NCBI RefSeq assembly: GCF_009914755.1
Contig: NC_060938.1
Origin: the human T2T-CHM13v2.0 reference genome, Homo sapiens
Strand: one strand, 5' to 3'
DNA length: 64,000 bases
Positions 52,301 through 64,000 of this stretch are shown piece after piece (the stretch's first letter is position 1; each line of letters starts with the position of its first letter). A model generated the notes under the pieces. That model was not told where the DNA came from. It did no database searches and saw only the letters and a program-made list of their open reading frames with translations. Both the position numbers and the translations under genes were made by a program.

Positions 52301-55300
52301 TACCACTCGGGTTGAATCCTTTCCATTCCATTCCAATGCATTCCCTTCCATTCAATTCCACTCGGATACAATCAATTCCCTTCTATTCCATTCCGTTCTG
52401 TTCCACTCAATTCCATTGAATTCCATCCCATTCCATTCAATTCCATTCTATTGCATTCCATTCCATTCCATTCCACTCGTGTTGATTCCCTTCCATTCCA
52501 TTCCATTCCATTCCACTTTTGTTGATTCCATTCCGTTCCTTTCCATTGCATTCCATTCCATTCCATTCCATTCCATTCCATTCCATTCCATTCCATTCCA
52601 TTCCGTTCCATTCCATTCGTGTTGATGCCATTCCAATCCATACCATTCCATTCCATTTCATTCCATTCCGTTCCATTCCTTTCGTGTTGATTCCATTCCA
52701 TTCCATTCCACTCCATTCCTATCCATTACATTCCACTTGTGTTGAATCCATTCCTTTCCATTCCAATCCATTCCATTCCTTTCCAATCCATTCCATTCCA
52801 TTCAATTCCACTTGGACTCAATCTATTCTTTCCATTCCATTCCGTTCTGTTCCATTCCCGTCCATTGCATTAGATACCAATCCATTCCACTTGTGATGGT
52901 TCCATTCAATTCCATTATATTCCGTTCAATTCCATTGAATTCCATTCCATTCCATTCCACTCGGGTGGATTCCATTCGATTCCATTCCATTCCAATCCAT
53001 TCCATTCCATTCCACTCTGGTTGATTCCATTCCGTTCCTTCATTCCATTCCATTCCATTCCATTCCATTCCATTCCATTCCATTCCATTCCAATCCATTC
53101 CATTCCACTCCATTCTGGTTGATTCCATTCCATTCCATTCCATTCCATTCCATTCCATTCCATTCCATTCCACTCCATTCCATTCCATTCCACTCAGGTT
53201 GATTCCATTCCATTCCATTTCATTTTATTCCATTCCATTCCGTTCCATTCCATTCCATTCAATACCATTCCTCTCGGGTTGATTCCATACCATTCCATTC
53301 CATTCCACTCGGGTTGATTCTTTTCCATTCCATTCCAATCCATTCCATTCCATTCCATTCCACTCCATTCCATTCCATTCCATTCCATTCCATTCCATTC
53401 CATTCTATTCCATTGCATTCCATTCCACTCAGGTTGATTCCATTCCATTCCATTCCATTTTATTCCATTCCATTCCGTTCCATTCCATTCCATTCCATAC
53501 CATTCCTCTCGGGTTGATTCCATACCATTCCATTCTATTCCACTCGGGTTGATTCCATTCCATTCCATTCCATTTTATTCCACTCCACTCTGGTTGCTTC
53601 CATTCCATTCCATTCCATTCCATTCCATTCCATTCCATTCCATTCCATTCCATTGCATTCCATTCGTGTTGATTCCATTGCATTCCATTCATTCCCCTCC
53701 ATTCCATTCCATTTCATTCCATTCCAGTTGATTCCATTCCTTTCCATTCCATTCCATTCCATTCCATTCCGTTCCATTCTACTCGGGTTGATTCCTTTCC
53801 ATTCCATTTCATTCCATTCGATTTCATTCCACTGGTGTTTATTCCATTCCACTGCATTCCATTCATTTCCATTCCAGTCGGGTTTATTCCATTTCATTCC
53901 ATTCCATTGCATTCCATTCCTTTCCATTCTATTCCATTCCATTCCATTCCATTTGTGTTGATTCCATTCCATTCCATTCCATTCCATTCCACTCCATTCC
54001 AATCCATTACATTCCACTCGGGTTGAATCCTTTCCATTCCATTCCAATGCATTCCCTTCCATTCAATTCCACTCGGATACAATCAATTCCATTCTATTCC
54101 ATTCCGTTCTGTTCCACTCCATTCCATTGCATTCCATACCATTCCATTCCACTCGGGTTGATTCCATTCAATTCCATCCCATTCCATTGCATTCCATTCT
54201 ATTGCGTTCCATTCCATTCCATTCCACTCGTGTTGATTCCCTTCCATTCCATTCCATTTCATTCCACTTGGGTTGATTTCATTCCGTTCCTTTCCATTGC
54301 ATTCCATTCCATTCCATTCCATTCCATTCCGTTCCATTCCATTCGTGTTGATGCCATTCCAATCCATACCATTCCTTTCCATTCCATTCCATTCCGTCCC
54401 GTACTTTTCGTGTTGATTCCATTCCATTCCATTCCACTCCATTCCAATCCATTACATTCCACTCGGGTTGAATCCATTCCTTTCCATTCCAATCCATTCC
54501 ATTCCTTTCCAATCCATTCCATTCCATTCAATTCCACTTGGATTCAATCTATTCTTTCCATTCCATTCCATTCTGTTCCATTCCATTCCATTGCATTAGA
54601 TACCATTCCATTCCACTCGGGATGATTCCATTCAATTCCATTATATTCCGTTCAATTCTATTGCATTCCATTCCATTCCATTCCACTCGGGTGGATTCCA
54701 TTCCATTCCATTCCATTCCATTCCATTCCATTCCATTCCATTCCACTCTGGTTGATTCCATTCCGTTCCTTTCCATTCCATTCCATTCCATTCCATTCCA
54801 TTCCATTCCATTCCACTCCATTCCAATCCATTCCATTCCACTCGGGTTGATACCATTGCATACCATTCCATTCCATTCCATTCCACTCAGGTTGATTCCT
54901 TTCCATTCCATTCCATTTTATTCCACTAAACTCGGGTTGATTCCATTCCATTCCATTCCACTGCATTCCATTCGTGTTGATTCCATTGCATTCCATTCCA
55001 TTCCACTCCATTCCATTCCATTTCATTCCTTTCCAGTTGATTCCATTCCTTTCCATTCCATTCCATTCCATTCCATTCCGTTCCATTCTACTCGGGTTGT
55101 TTCCATTCCATTCCATTTCATTCTATTCGATTTCATTCCACTGGTGTTTATTCCATTCCAATCCATTCCATTCATTTCCATTCCATTCGGGTTTATACCA
55201 TTTCATTCCATTCCATTCCATTTCATTTCATTCCATTCCTTTCCATTCTATTCCATTCCATTCCATTCCATTTGTGTTGATTCCATTCCATTCCATTCCA

Positions 55301-58300
55301 TTCCATTCCATTCCACTCCATTCCAATCCATTACATTCCACTCGGATTGAATCCTTTCCATTCCATTCCAATGCATTCCCTTCCATTCAATTCCACTCGG
55401 ATTCAATCAATTCCATTCTATTCCATTCCGTTCTGTTCCACTCCATTCCATTGCATTCCATACCATTCCATTCCACTCGGGTTGATTCCATTGAATTCCA
55501 TCCCATTCCATTCCATTCCATTCTATTGCATTCCATTCCATTCCATTCCACTCGTGTTGATTCCCTTCCATTCCATTCCATTCCATTCCATTCCACTTTT
55601 GTTGATTCCATTCCGTTCCTTTCCATTGCATTCCATTCCATTCCATTCCATTCCATTCCATTCCATTCCGTTCCATTCCATTCGTGTTGATGCCATACCA
55701 ATCCATACCATTCCATTCCATTTCATTCCATTCCGTTCCATTCCTTTCGTGTTGATTAAATTCCATTCCATTCCACTCCATTCCAATCCATTACATTCCA
55801 CTTGGGTTGAATCCATTCCTTTCCATTCCAATCCATTCCATTCCTTTCCAATCCATTCCTTTTCATTCAATTCCACATGGACTCAATCTATTCTTTCCAT
55901 TCCATTCCATTCTCTTCCATTCCCGTCCATTGCATTAGATACCAATCCATTCCACTTGGGATGATTCCATTCAATTCCATTATATTCCGTTCAATTCCGT
56001 TGAATTCCATTCCATTCCATTCCACACGGGTGGATTCCATTCCATTCCATTCCACTCGGGTGGATTCCATTCGATTCCATTCCATTCCTATCCATTCCAT
56101 TCCATTCCACTCTGGTTGATTCCATTCCGTTCTTTCATTCCATTCCATTCCATTCCATTCCATTCCATTCCAATCCATTCCATTCCACTCCACTCTGGTT
56201 GATTCCATTCCATTCCATTCCATTCCATTCCATTCCATTCCATTCCATTCCACTCGGGTTGATTCCATTCCATTCCATTCCATTTTATTCCATTCCATTC
56301 CTTTCCATTCTATTCCATTCCATTCCATTTCATTTGTGTTGATTCCATTCCATTCCATTCCATTCCATTCCATTCCATTCCACTCCATTCCAATCCATTA
56401 CATTCCACTCGGGTTGAATCCTTTCCATTCCATTCCAATGCATTCCCTTCCATTCAATTCCACTCGGATTCAATCAATTCCATTCTATTCCATTCCGTTC
56501 TGTTCCACTCCATTCCATTGCATTCCATACCATTCTATTCCACTCGGGTTGATTCCATTGAATTCCATCCCATTCTATTCCATTCCATTCTATTGCATTC
56601 CATTCCATTCCATTCCACTCGTGTTGATTCCCTTCCATTCCATTCCATTCCATTCCACTTTTGTTGATTCCATTCCGTTCCTTTCCATTGCATTCCATTC
56701 CATTCCATTCCATTCCGTTCCATTCCATTCGTGTTGATGCCATTCCAATCCATACCATTCCATTCCATTTCATTCCATTCCGTTCCATTCCTTTGGTGTT
56801 GATTAAATTCCATTCCATTCCACTCCATTCCAATCCATTACATTCCACTTGGGTTGAATCCATTCCTTTCCATTCCAATCCATTCCATTCCTTTCCAATC
56901 CATTCCTTTTCATTCAATTCCACATGGACTCAATCTATTCTTTCCATTCCATTCCGTTCTCTTCCATTCCAGTCCATTGCATTAGATACCAATCCATTCC
57001 ACTAGGGATGATTCCATTCAATTCCATTATATTCCGTTCAATTCCGTTGAATTCCATTCCATTCCATTCCACACGGGTGGATTCCATTCCATTCCATTCC
57101 ACTCGGGTGGATTCCATTCGATTCCATTCCATTCCAATCCATTCCATTCCATTCCACTCTGGTTGATTCCATTCCGTTCCTTCATTCCATTCCATTCCAT
57201 TCCATTCCATTCCATTCCATTCCAATCCATTCCATTCCACTCCACTCTGGTTGATTCCATTCCATTCCATTCCATTCCACTCGGGTTGATTCCATTCCAT
57301 TGCATTCCATTTTATTCCATTCCATTCCGTTCCATTCCATTCCATTCCATACCATTCCACTCGGGTTGATTCCATACCATTCCATTCCATTCCACTCCAT
57401 TCCAATCCATTCCATTCCACTCGGGTTGATTCCATTCCATTCCATTCCATTCCATTCCATTCCATTCCATTCCATTGCATTCCATTCGTGTTGATTCCAA
57501 TGCATTCCATTCATTCAACTCAATTCCAACCCATTTCATTCCATTCCAGTTGATTCCATTCCTTTCCATTCCATTCCATTCCATTCCGTTCCATTCTACT
57601 CGGGTTGATTCCATTCCATTCCATTTCATTCCATTCGATTTCATTCCACTGGTGTTTATTCCATTCCACTCCATTCCATTCCATTCCATTCGGGTTTATT
57701 CCATTCCATTCCATTCCATTCCATTCCATTGCATTCCATTCCTTTCCATTCTATTCCATTCCATTCCATTCCATTTGTGCTGATTCCATTCCATTCCATT
57801 CCATTCCATTCCATTCCATTCCATTCCAATCCATTACATTCCACTCGGGTTGAATCCTTTCCATTCCATTCCAATGCATTCCCTTCCATTCAATTTCACT
57901 CGGATTCAATCAATTCCATTCTATTCAATTCCGTTCTGTTCCACTCCATTCCATTGCATTCCATACCATTCCATTCCACTCGGGTTGATTCCATTGAATT
58001 CCATCCCATTCCATTCCATTCCATTCTATTGCGTTCCATTCCATTCCATTCCACTCGTGTTGATTCCCTTCCATTCCATTCCATTCCATTCCATTCCACT
58101 TTTGTTGATTCCATTCCGTTCCTTTCCATTGCGTTCCATTCCATTCCATTCCGTTCCATTCCATTCGTGTTGATGCCTTTCCAATCCATACCATTCCATT
58201 CCATTCCATTCCATTTCGTCCCATTCTTTTCGTGTTGATTCCATTCCATTCCATTCCACTCCATTCCAATCCATTACATTCCACTCGGGTTGAATCCATT

Positions 58301-61300
58301 CCTTTCCATTCCAATCCATTCCATTCCTTTCCAATCCATTCAATTCCATTCAATTCCACTTGGATTCAATCTATTCTTTCCATTCCATTCCATTCTGTTC
58401 CATTCCATTCCATTGCATTAGATACCATTCCATTCCACTCGGGATGATTCCATTCAATTCCATTATATTCCGTTCAATTCTATTGCATTCCATTCCATTC
58501 CATTCCACTCGGGTGGATTCCATTCCATTCCATTCCATTCCATTCCATTCCATTCCATTCCATTCCATTCCACTCGGGTTGATTCCATTCCGTTCCATTC
58601 CATTCCATTCCATTCCATTCCATTCCATTCCATTCCATTCCACTCCATTCCAATCCATTCCATTCCACTCGGGTTGATACCATTCCATTCCATTCCATTC
58701 CATTCCATTCCACTCAGGTTGATTCCTTTCCATTCCATTCCATTTTATTCCACTAAACTCGGGTTGATTCCATTCCATTCCATTCCATTGCATTCCATTC
58801 GTGTTGATTCCATTGCATTCCATTCCATTCCACTCCATTCCATTCCATTTCATTCCTTTCCAGTTGATTCCATTCCTTTCCATTCCATTCCATTCCATTC
58901 CATTCCGTTCCTTTCCATTGCATTCCATTCCATTCCATTCCATTCCATTCCATTCCATGCCGTTCCATTCCATTCGTGTTGGTGCCATTCCAATCCATTC
59001 CATTCCATTCCATTTCATTCCATTCCGTTCCATTCCTTTCGTGTTGATTCCATTCCATTCCATTCCACTCCATTCCTATCCATTACTTTCCACTTGTGTT
59101 GAATCCATTCCTTTCCATTCCAATCCATTCCATTCCTTTCCAATCCATTCCATTCCATTCAATTCCACATGGACTCAATCTATTCTTTCCATTCCATTCC
59201 GTTCTGTTCCATTCCAGTCCATTGCATTAGATACCAATCCATTCCACTTGTGATGATTCCATTCAATTCCATTATATTCCGTTCAATTCCATTGAATTCC
59301 ATTCCATTCCATTCCACTCGGGTGGATTCCATTCCATTCCCTTCCACTCGGGTGGAATCCATTCCATTCCATTCCATTCCAATCCATTCCATTCCTTTCC
59401 ACTCTGGTTGATTCCATTCCGTTCCATTCCATTCCATTCCATTCCATTCCATTCCATTCCATTCCAATCCATTCCATTCCACTCCATTCTGGTTGATTCC
59501 ATTCCATTCCATTCCATTCCATTCCATTCCATTCCATTCCATTCCATTCCATTCCACTCAGGTTGATTCCATTCCATTCCATTCCATTTTATTCCATTCC
59601 ATTCCGTTCCATTCCATTCCATTCAATACCATTCCTCTCGGGTTGATTCCATACCATTCCATTCCATTCCACTCGGGTTGATTCTTTTCCATTCCATTCC
59701 AATCCATTCCATTCCATTCCATTCCACTCCATTCCATTCCATTCCATTCCATTCCATTCTATTCCATTGCATTGCATTCCACTCAGGTTGATTCCATTCC
59801 ATTCCATTCCATTTTATTCCATTCCATTCCGTTCCATTCCATTCCATTCCATACCATTCCTCTCGGGTTGATTCCATACCATTCCATTCCATTCCACTCG
59901 GGTTGATTCCATTCCATTCCATTCCATTTTATTCCACTCCACTCTGGTTGCTTCCATTCCATTCCATTCCATTCCATTCCATTCCATTCCATTCCATTGC
60001 ATTCCATTCGTGTTGATTCCATTGCATTCCATTCATTCCCCTCCATTCCATTCCATTTCATTCCATTCCAGTTGATTCCATTCCTTTCCATTCCATTCCA
60101 TTCCATTCCATTCCTTTCCATTCTACTCTGGTTGATTCCATTCCATTCCATTTCATTCCATTCGATTTCATTCCACTGGTGTTTATTCCATTCCACTCCA
60201 TTCCATTCATTTCCATTCCAGTCGGGTTTATTCCATTTCTTCCATTCCATTGCATTCCATTCCTTTCCATTCTATTCCATTCCATTCCATTCCATTTGTG
60301 TTGATTCCATTCCATTCCATTCCATTCCATTCCACTCCATTCCAGTCCATTACATTCCACTCGGGTTGAATCCTTTCCATTCCATTCCAATGCATTCCCT
60401 TCCATTCAATTCCACTCGGATACAATCAATTCCATTCTATTCCATTCCGTTCTGTTCCACTCCATTCCATTGCATTCCATACCATTCCATTCCACTCGGG
60501 TTGATTCCATTGAATTCCATCCCATTCCATTCCATTCCATTTTATTGCATTCCATTCCATTCCATTCCACTCGTGTTGATTCCCTTCCATTCCATTCCAT
60601 TCCATTCCACTTTTGTTGATTCCATTCCGTTCCTTTCCATTGCATTCCCTTTCATTCCATTCCATTCCATTCCATTCCATTCCGTTCCATTCCATTCGTG
60701 TTGATGCCATTCCAATGCATACCATTCCATTCTATTTCATTCCATTCCGTTCCATTCCTTTCGTGTTGATTAAATTCCATTCCATTCCATTCCATTCCAA
60801 TCCATTCCATTCCACTCCACTCTAGTTGATTCCATTCCATTACATTCCATTCCACTCGGGTTGATTCTTTTCCATTCCATTCCATTCCATTCCATTCCAT
60901 TCCATTCCTCTCCATTCCATTCCATTCCATTCCACTCCATTCCAATCCATTCCATTCCACTCCGGTTGACTCCATTCCATTCCATTCCAATTTAATCCAC
61001 TCCACTCGGGTTGATTCCATTCCTTTCCATTCCATTCCATTCCATTCCATTCCGTTCCATTCTACTCGGGTTGATTCCATTCCATTCCATTTCATTCCAT
61101 TCGATTTCATTCCACTGGTGTTTATTCCATTCCACTCCATTCCATTCCATTCCATTCCATTCGGGTTTATTCCATTCCATTCCATTCCATTCCATTCCAT
61201 TGCATTCCATTCTTTTCCATTCTATTCTATTCCATTCCATTCCATTTGTGTTGATTCCATTCCATTCCATTCCATTCCATTCTACTCCATTCTAATCCAT

Positions 61301-64000
61301 TACATTCCACTCGGGTTGAATCCTTTCCAATCCATTCCAATGCATTCCCTTCCATTCAATTCCACTCGGATTCAATCAATTCCATTCTATTCCATTCCGT
61401 TCTGTTCCACTCCATTCCATTGCATTCCATACCATTCCATTCCACTCGGGTTGATTCCATTCAATTCCATCCCATTCCATTGCATTCCATTCTATTGCGT
61501 TCCATTCCATTCCATTCCACTCGTGTTGATTCCCTTCCATTCCATTCCATTTCATTCCACTTGGGTTGATTTCATTCCGTTCCTTTCCATTGCATTCCAT
61601 TCCATTCCATTCCATTCCATTCCATTCCGTTCCATTCCATTCGTGTTGATGCCATTCCAATCCATACCATTCCTTTCCATTCCATTCCATTCCGTCCCGT
61701 TCTTTTCGTGTTGATTCCATTCCATTCCATTCCACTCCATTCCAATCCATTACATTCCACTCGGGTTGAATCCATTCCTTTCCATTCCAATCCATTCCAT
61801 TCCTTTCCAATCCATTCCATTCCATTCAATTCCACTTGGATTCAATCTATTCTTTCCATTCCATTCCATTCTGTTCCATTCCATTCCATTGCATTAGATA
61901 CCATTCCATTCCACTCGGGATGATTCCATTCAATTCCATTATATTCCGTTCAATTCTATTGCATTCCATTCCATTCCATTCCACTCGGGTGGATTCCATT
62001 CCATTCCATTCCATTCCATTCCATTCCATTCCATTCCACTCTGGTTGATTCCATTCCGTTCCTTTCCATTCCATTCCATTCCATTCCATTCCATTCCATT
62101 CCACTCCATTCCAATCCATTCCATTCCACTCGGGTTGATACCATTGCATTCCATTCCATTCCATTCCATTCCACTCAGGTTGATTCCTTTCCATTCCATT
62201 CCATTTTATTCCACTAAACTCGGGTTGATTCCATTCCATTCCATTCCACTGCATTCCATTCGTGTTGATTCCATTGCATTCCATTCCATTCCACTCCATT
62301 CCATTCCATTTCATTCCTTTCCAGTTGATTCCATTCCTTTCCATTCCATTCCATTCCATTCCATTCCGTTCCATTCTACTCGGGTTGTTTCCATTCCATT
62401 CCATTTCATTCTATTCGATTTCATTCCACTGGTGTTTATTCCATTCCAATCCATTCCATTCATTTCCATTCCATTCGGGTTTATACCATTTCATTCCATT
62501 CCATTGCATTTCATTTCATTCCATTCCTTTCCATTCTATTCCATTCCATTCCATTCCATTTGTGTTGATTCCATTCCATTCCATTCCATTCCATTCCATT
62601 CCATTCCATTCCACTCCATTCCAATCCATTACATTCCACTCGGATTGAATCCTTTCCATTCCATTCCAATGCATTCCCTTCCATTCAATTCCACTCGGAT
62701 TCAATCAATTCCATTCTATTCCATTCCGTTCTGTTCCACTCCATTCCATTGCATTCCATACCATTCCATTCCACTCGGGTTGATTCCATTGAATTCCATC
62801 CCATTCCATTCCATTCCATTCTATTGCATTCCATTCCATTCCATTCCACTCGTGTTGATTCCCTTCCATTCCATTCCATTCCATTCCATTCCACTTTTGT
62901 TGATTCCATACCGTTCCTTTCCATTGCATTCCATTCCATTCCATTCCATTCCATTCCATTCCATTCCATTCCATTCCGTTCCATTCCATTCGTGTTGATG
63001 CCATACCAATCCATACCATTCCATTCCATTTCATTCCATTCCGTTCCATTCCTTTCGTGTTGATTAAATTCCATTCCATTCCACTCCATTCCAATCCATT
63101 ACATTCCACTTGGGTTGAATCCATTCCTTTCCATTCCAATCCATTCCATTCCTTTCCAATCCATTCCTTTTCATTCAATTCCACATGGACTCAATCTATT
63201 CTTTCCATTCCATTCCGTTCTCTTCCATTCCCGTCCATTGCATTAGATACCAATCCATTCCACTTGGGATGATTCCATTCAATTCCATTATATTCCGTTC
63301 AATTCCGTTGAATTCCATTCCATTCCATTCCACACGGGTGGATTCCATTCCATTCCATTCCACTCGGGTGGATTCCATTCGATTCCATTCCATTCCAATC
63401 CATTCCATTCCATTCCACTCTGGTTGATTCCATTCCGTTCCTTCATTCCATTCCATTCCATTCCATTCCATTCCATTCCAATCCATTCCATTCCACTCCA
63501 CTCTGGTTGATTCCATTCCATTCCATTCCATTCCATTCCATTCCATTCCATTCCATTCCATTCCACTCGGGTTGATTCCATTCCATTCCATTCCATTTTA
63601 TTCCATTCCATTCCTTTCCATTCTATTCCATTCCATTCCATTCCATTTGTGTTGATTCCATTCCATTCCATTCCATTCCATTCCATTCCATTCCACTCCA
63701 TTCCAATCCATTACATTCCACTCGGGTTGAATCCTTTCCATTCCATTCCAATGCATTCCCTTCCATTCAATTCCACTCGGATTCAATCAATTCCATTCTA
63801 TTCCATTCCGTTCTGTTCCACTCCATTCCATTGCATTCCATACCATTCTATTCCACTCGGGTTGATTCCATTGAATTCCATCCCATTCCATTCCATTCCA
63901 TTCTATTGCATTCCATTCCATTCCATTCCACTCGTGTTGATTCCCTTCCATTCCATTCCATTCCATTCCATTCCACTTTTGTTGATTCCATTCCGTTCCT
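49140..64000 (+). repeat. Mosaic cluster of 3-4 closely related type I-type II dimeric units
   Basis: Private markers ccactaaac (~50496, 54923, ~58750, 62211) and gggttgatacc (~50417, ~54844, ~58671, ~62132). ORF pairs 49300/61011, 50121/54538/58360/61836, 51475/55877/63185, 52812/59169 and 53653/59997. Confidence 0.85.

Larger units (their letters stand above)
1..64000 (+). repeat. Satellite III (HSat3-like) pericentromeric tandem array, (CATTC)n/(GGAAT)n with interspersed ACTCGGGTTG decamer
   Basis: CATTC pentamer runs from the first to the last line. The decamer (A/T)CTCGGGTTG-ATTCC and its variants recur every few tens to ~150 bp, which is the classical description of human satellite III (CAACCCGAGT on the - strand). 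Orientation never switches. Human versus other great ape, subfamily and chromosome cannot be fixed from sequence alone. Confidence 0.97.

Noticed and set aside
35713-63185. A strict ~1.8 kb higher-order repeat
   Set aside because: Landmark spacings range from ~0.8 to ~2.7 kb (e.g. 1618, 1699, 1744, 2212, 1354, 1047, 809, 2667), so no fixed period can be supported.
1255-63427. Recurrent ~80 aa 'MDSIYSFH...CIRY' ORF family as a small-protein gene family
   Set aside because: The starts are mostly TTG (or an incidental ATG) inside a diverged satellite module. Its recurrence reflects DNA duplication, so it was used only as a landmark.
865-63880. Recurrent TTCCATTGAA (STAT6-like TTC-N4-GAA) overlapping EcoRI GAATTC sites
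   Set aside because: It arises from a two-base change of the pentamer and is inherited with the unit. Nothing distinguishes it from neutral variation, so it is not reported as a regulatory site.
1-64000. Hundreds of 60-361 aa ORFs as protein-coding genes
   Set aside because: CATTC and GAATG repeats contain no stop codon in any frame and translate to IPFHS or MEWNG. The ORFs overlap in all six frames, show no domain and end at incidental satellite variants (e.g. TGA in GGTTGA).
1-64000. CRISPR-like array (decamer as repeat, variable spacers)
   Set aside because: The spacers are themselves CATTC repeats of variable length, not unique sequence. There is no leader or cas gene, and the sequence is primate satellite.
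1-64000. HSat2 (HSATII) or DYZ1 assignment
   Set aside because: The dominant interruption is ACTCGGGTTG rather than the CATTCGATTC/GATGATTC pattern typical of HSat2, and there is no regular ~3.5 kb period as in DYZ1. The exact HSat3 subfamily is left unassigned.
1-64000. Transposable-element insertion, inversion, telomeric or alpha-satellite segment
   Set aside because: No poly(A) tail, Alu/L1 sequence, GGAAT-on-plus block, TTAGGG tract or 171-bp monomer was seen while reading the window.
1-64000. G-quadruplex or i-motif arrays from GGG/CCC in the decamers
   Set aside because: The G-tracts are single GGG runs separated by tens of bases or more, so four closely spaced tracts are not present.

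Overview
The whole 64 kb is one uninterrupted array of primate classical satellite III (HSat3-like): a diverged (CATTC)n pentamer interspersed with the ACTCGGGTTG decamer, always with the C/T-rich strand on +. I see no gene, RNA gene, Alu/L1 insertion, CRISPR array or inversion. Every ORF in the track is a poly(IPFHS) or poly(MEWNG) by-product of the stop-free pentamer. The real information is in the higher-order architecture. Two sequence families are present. Family A has a ~250-560 bp monomer and is confined to ~2.2-19.9 kb. Family B has a ~0.5-2.8 kb irregular unit with two sub-lineages and makes up the rest. Superimposed on these are two young, near-identical tandem duplications (~4.38 kb at 11.2-20.0 kb and ~3.08 kb at 29.4-35.8 kb), a dispersed ~3.7 kb paralogy 15.6 kb apart, a ~3.1 kb family-A block that appears inserted into a family-B backbone, several local 80-480 bp amplifications, and mosaic (recombinant) copies at 49-64 kb. 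I cannot support a novel protein-coding system. The best leads are the reconstructable rearrangement history and a few speculative transcription-factor motif variants. All coordinates and comparisons were read by eye from marker motifs and ORF-track offsets, so boundaries are approximate (tens of bp).
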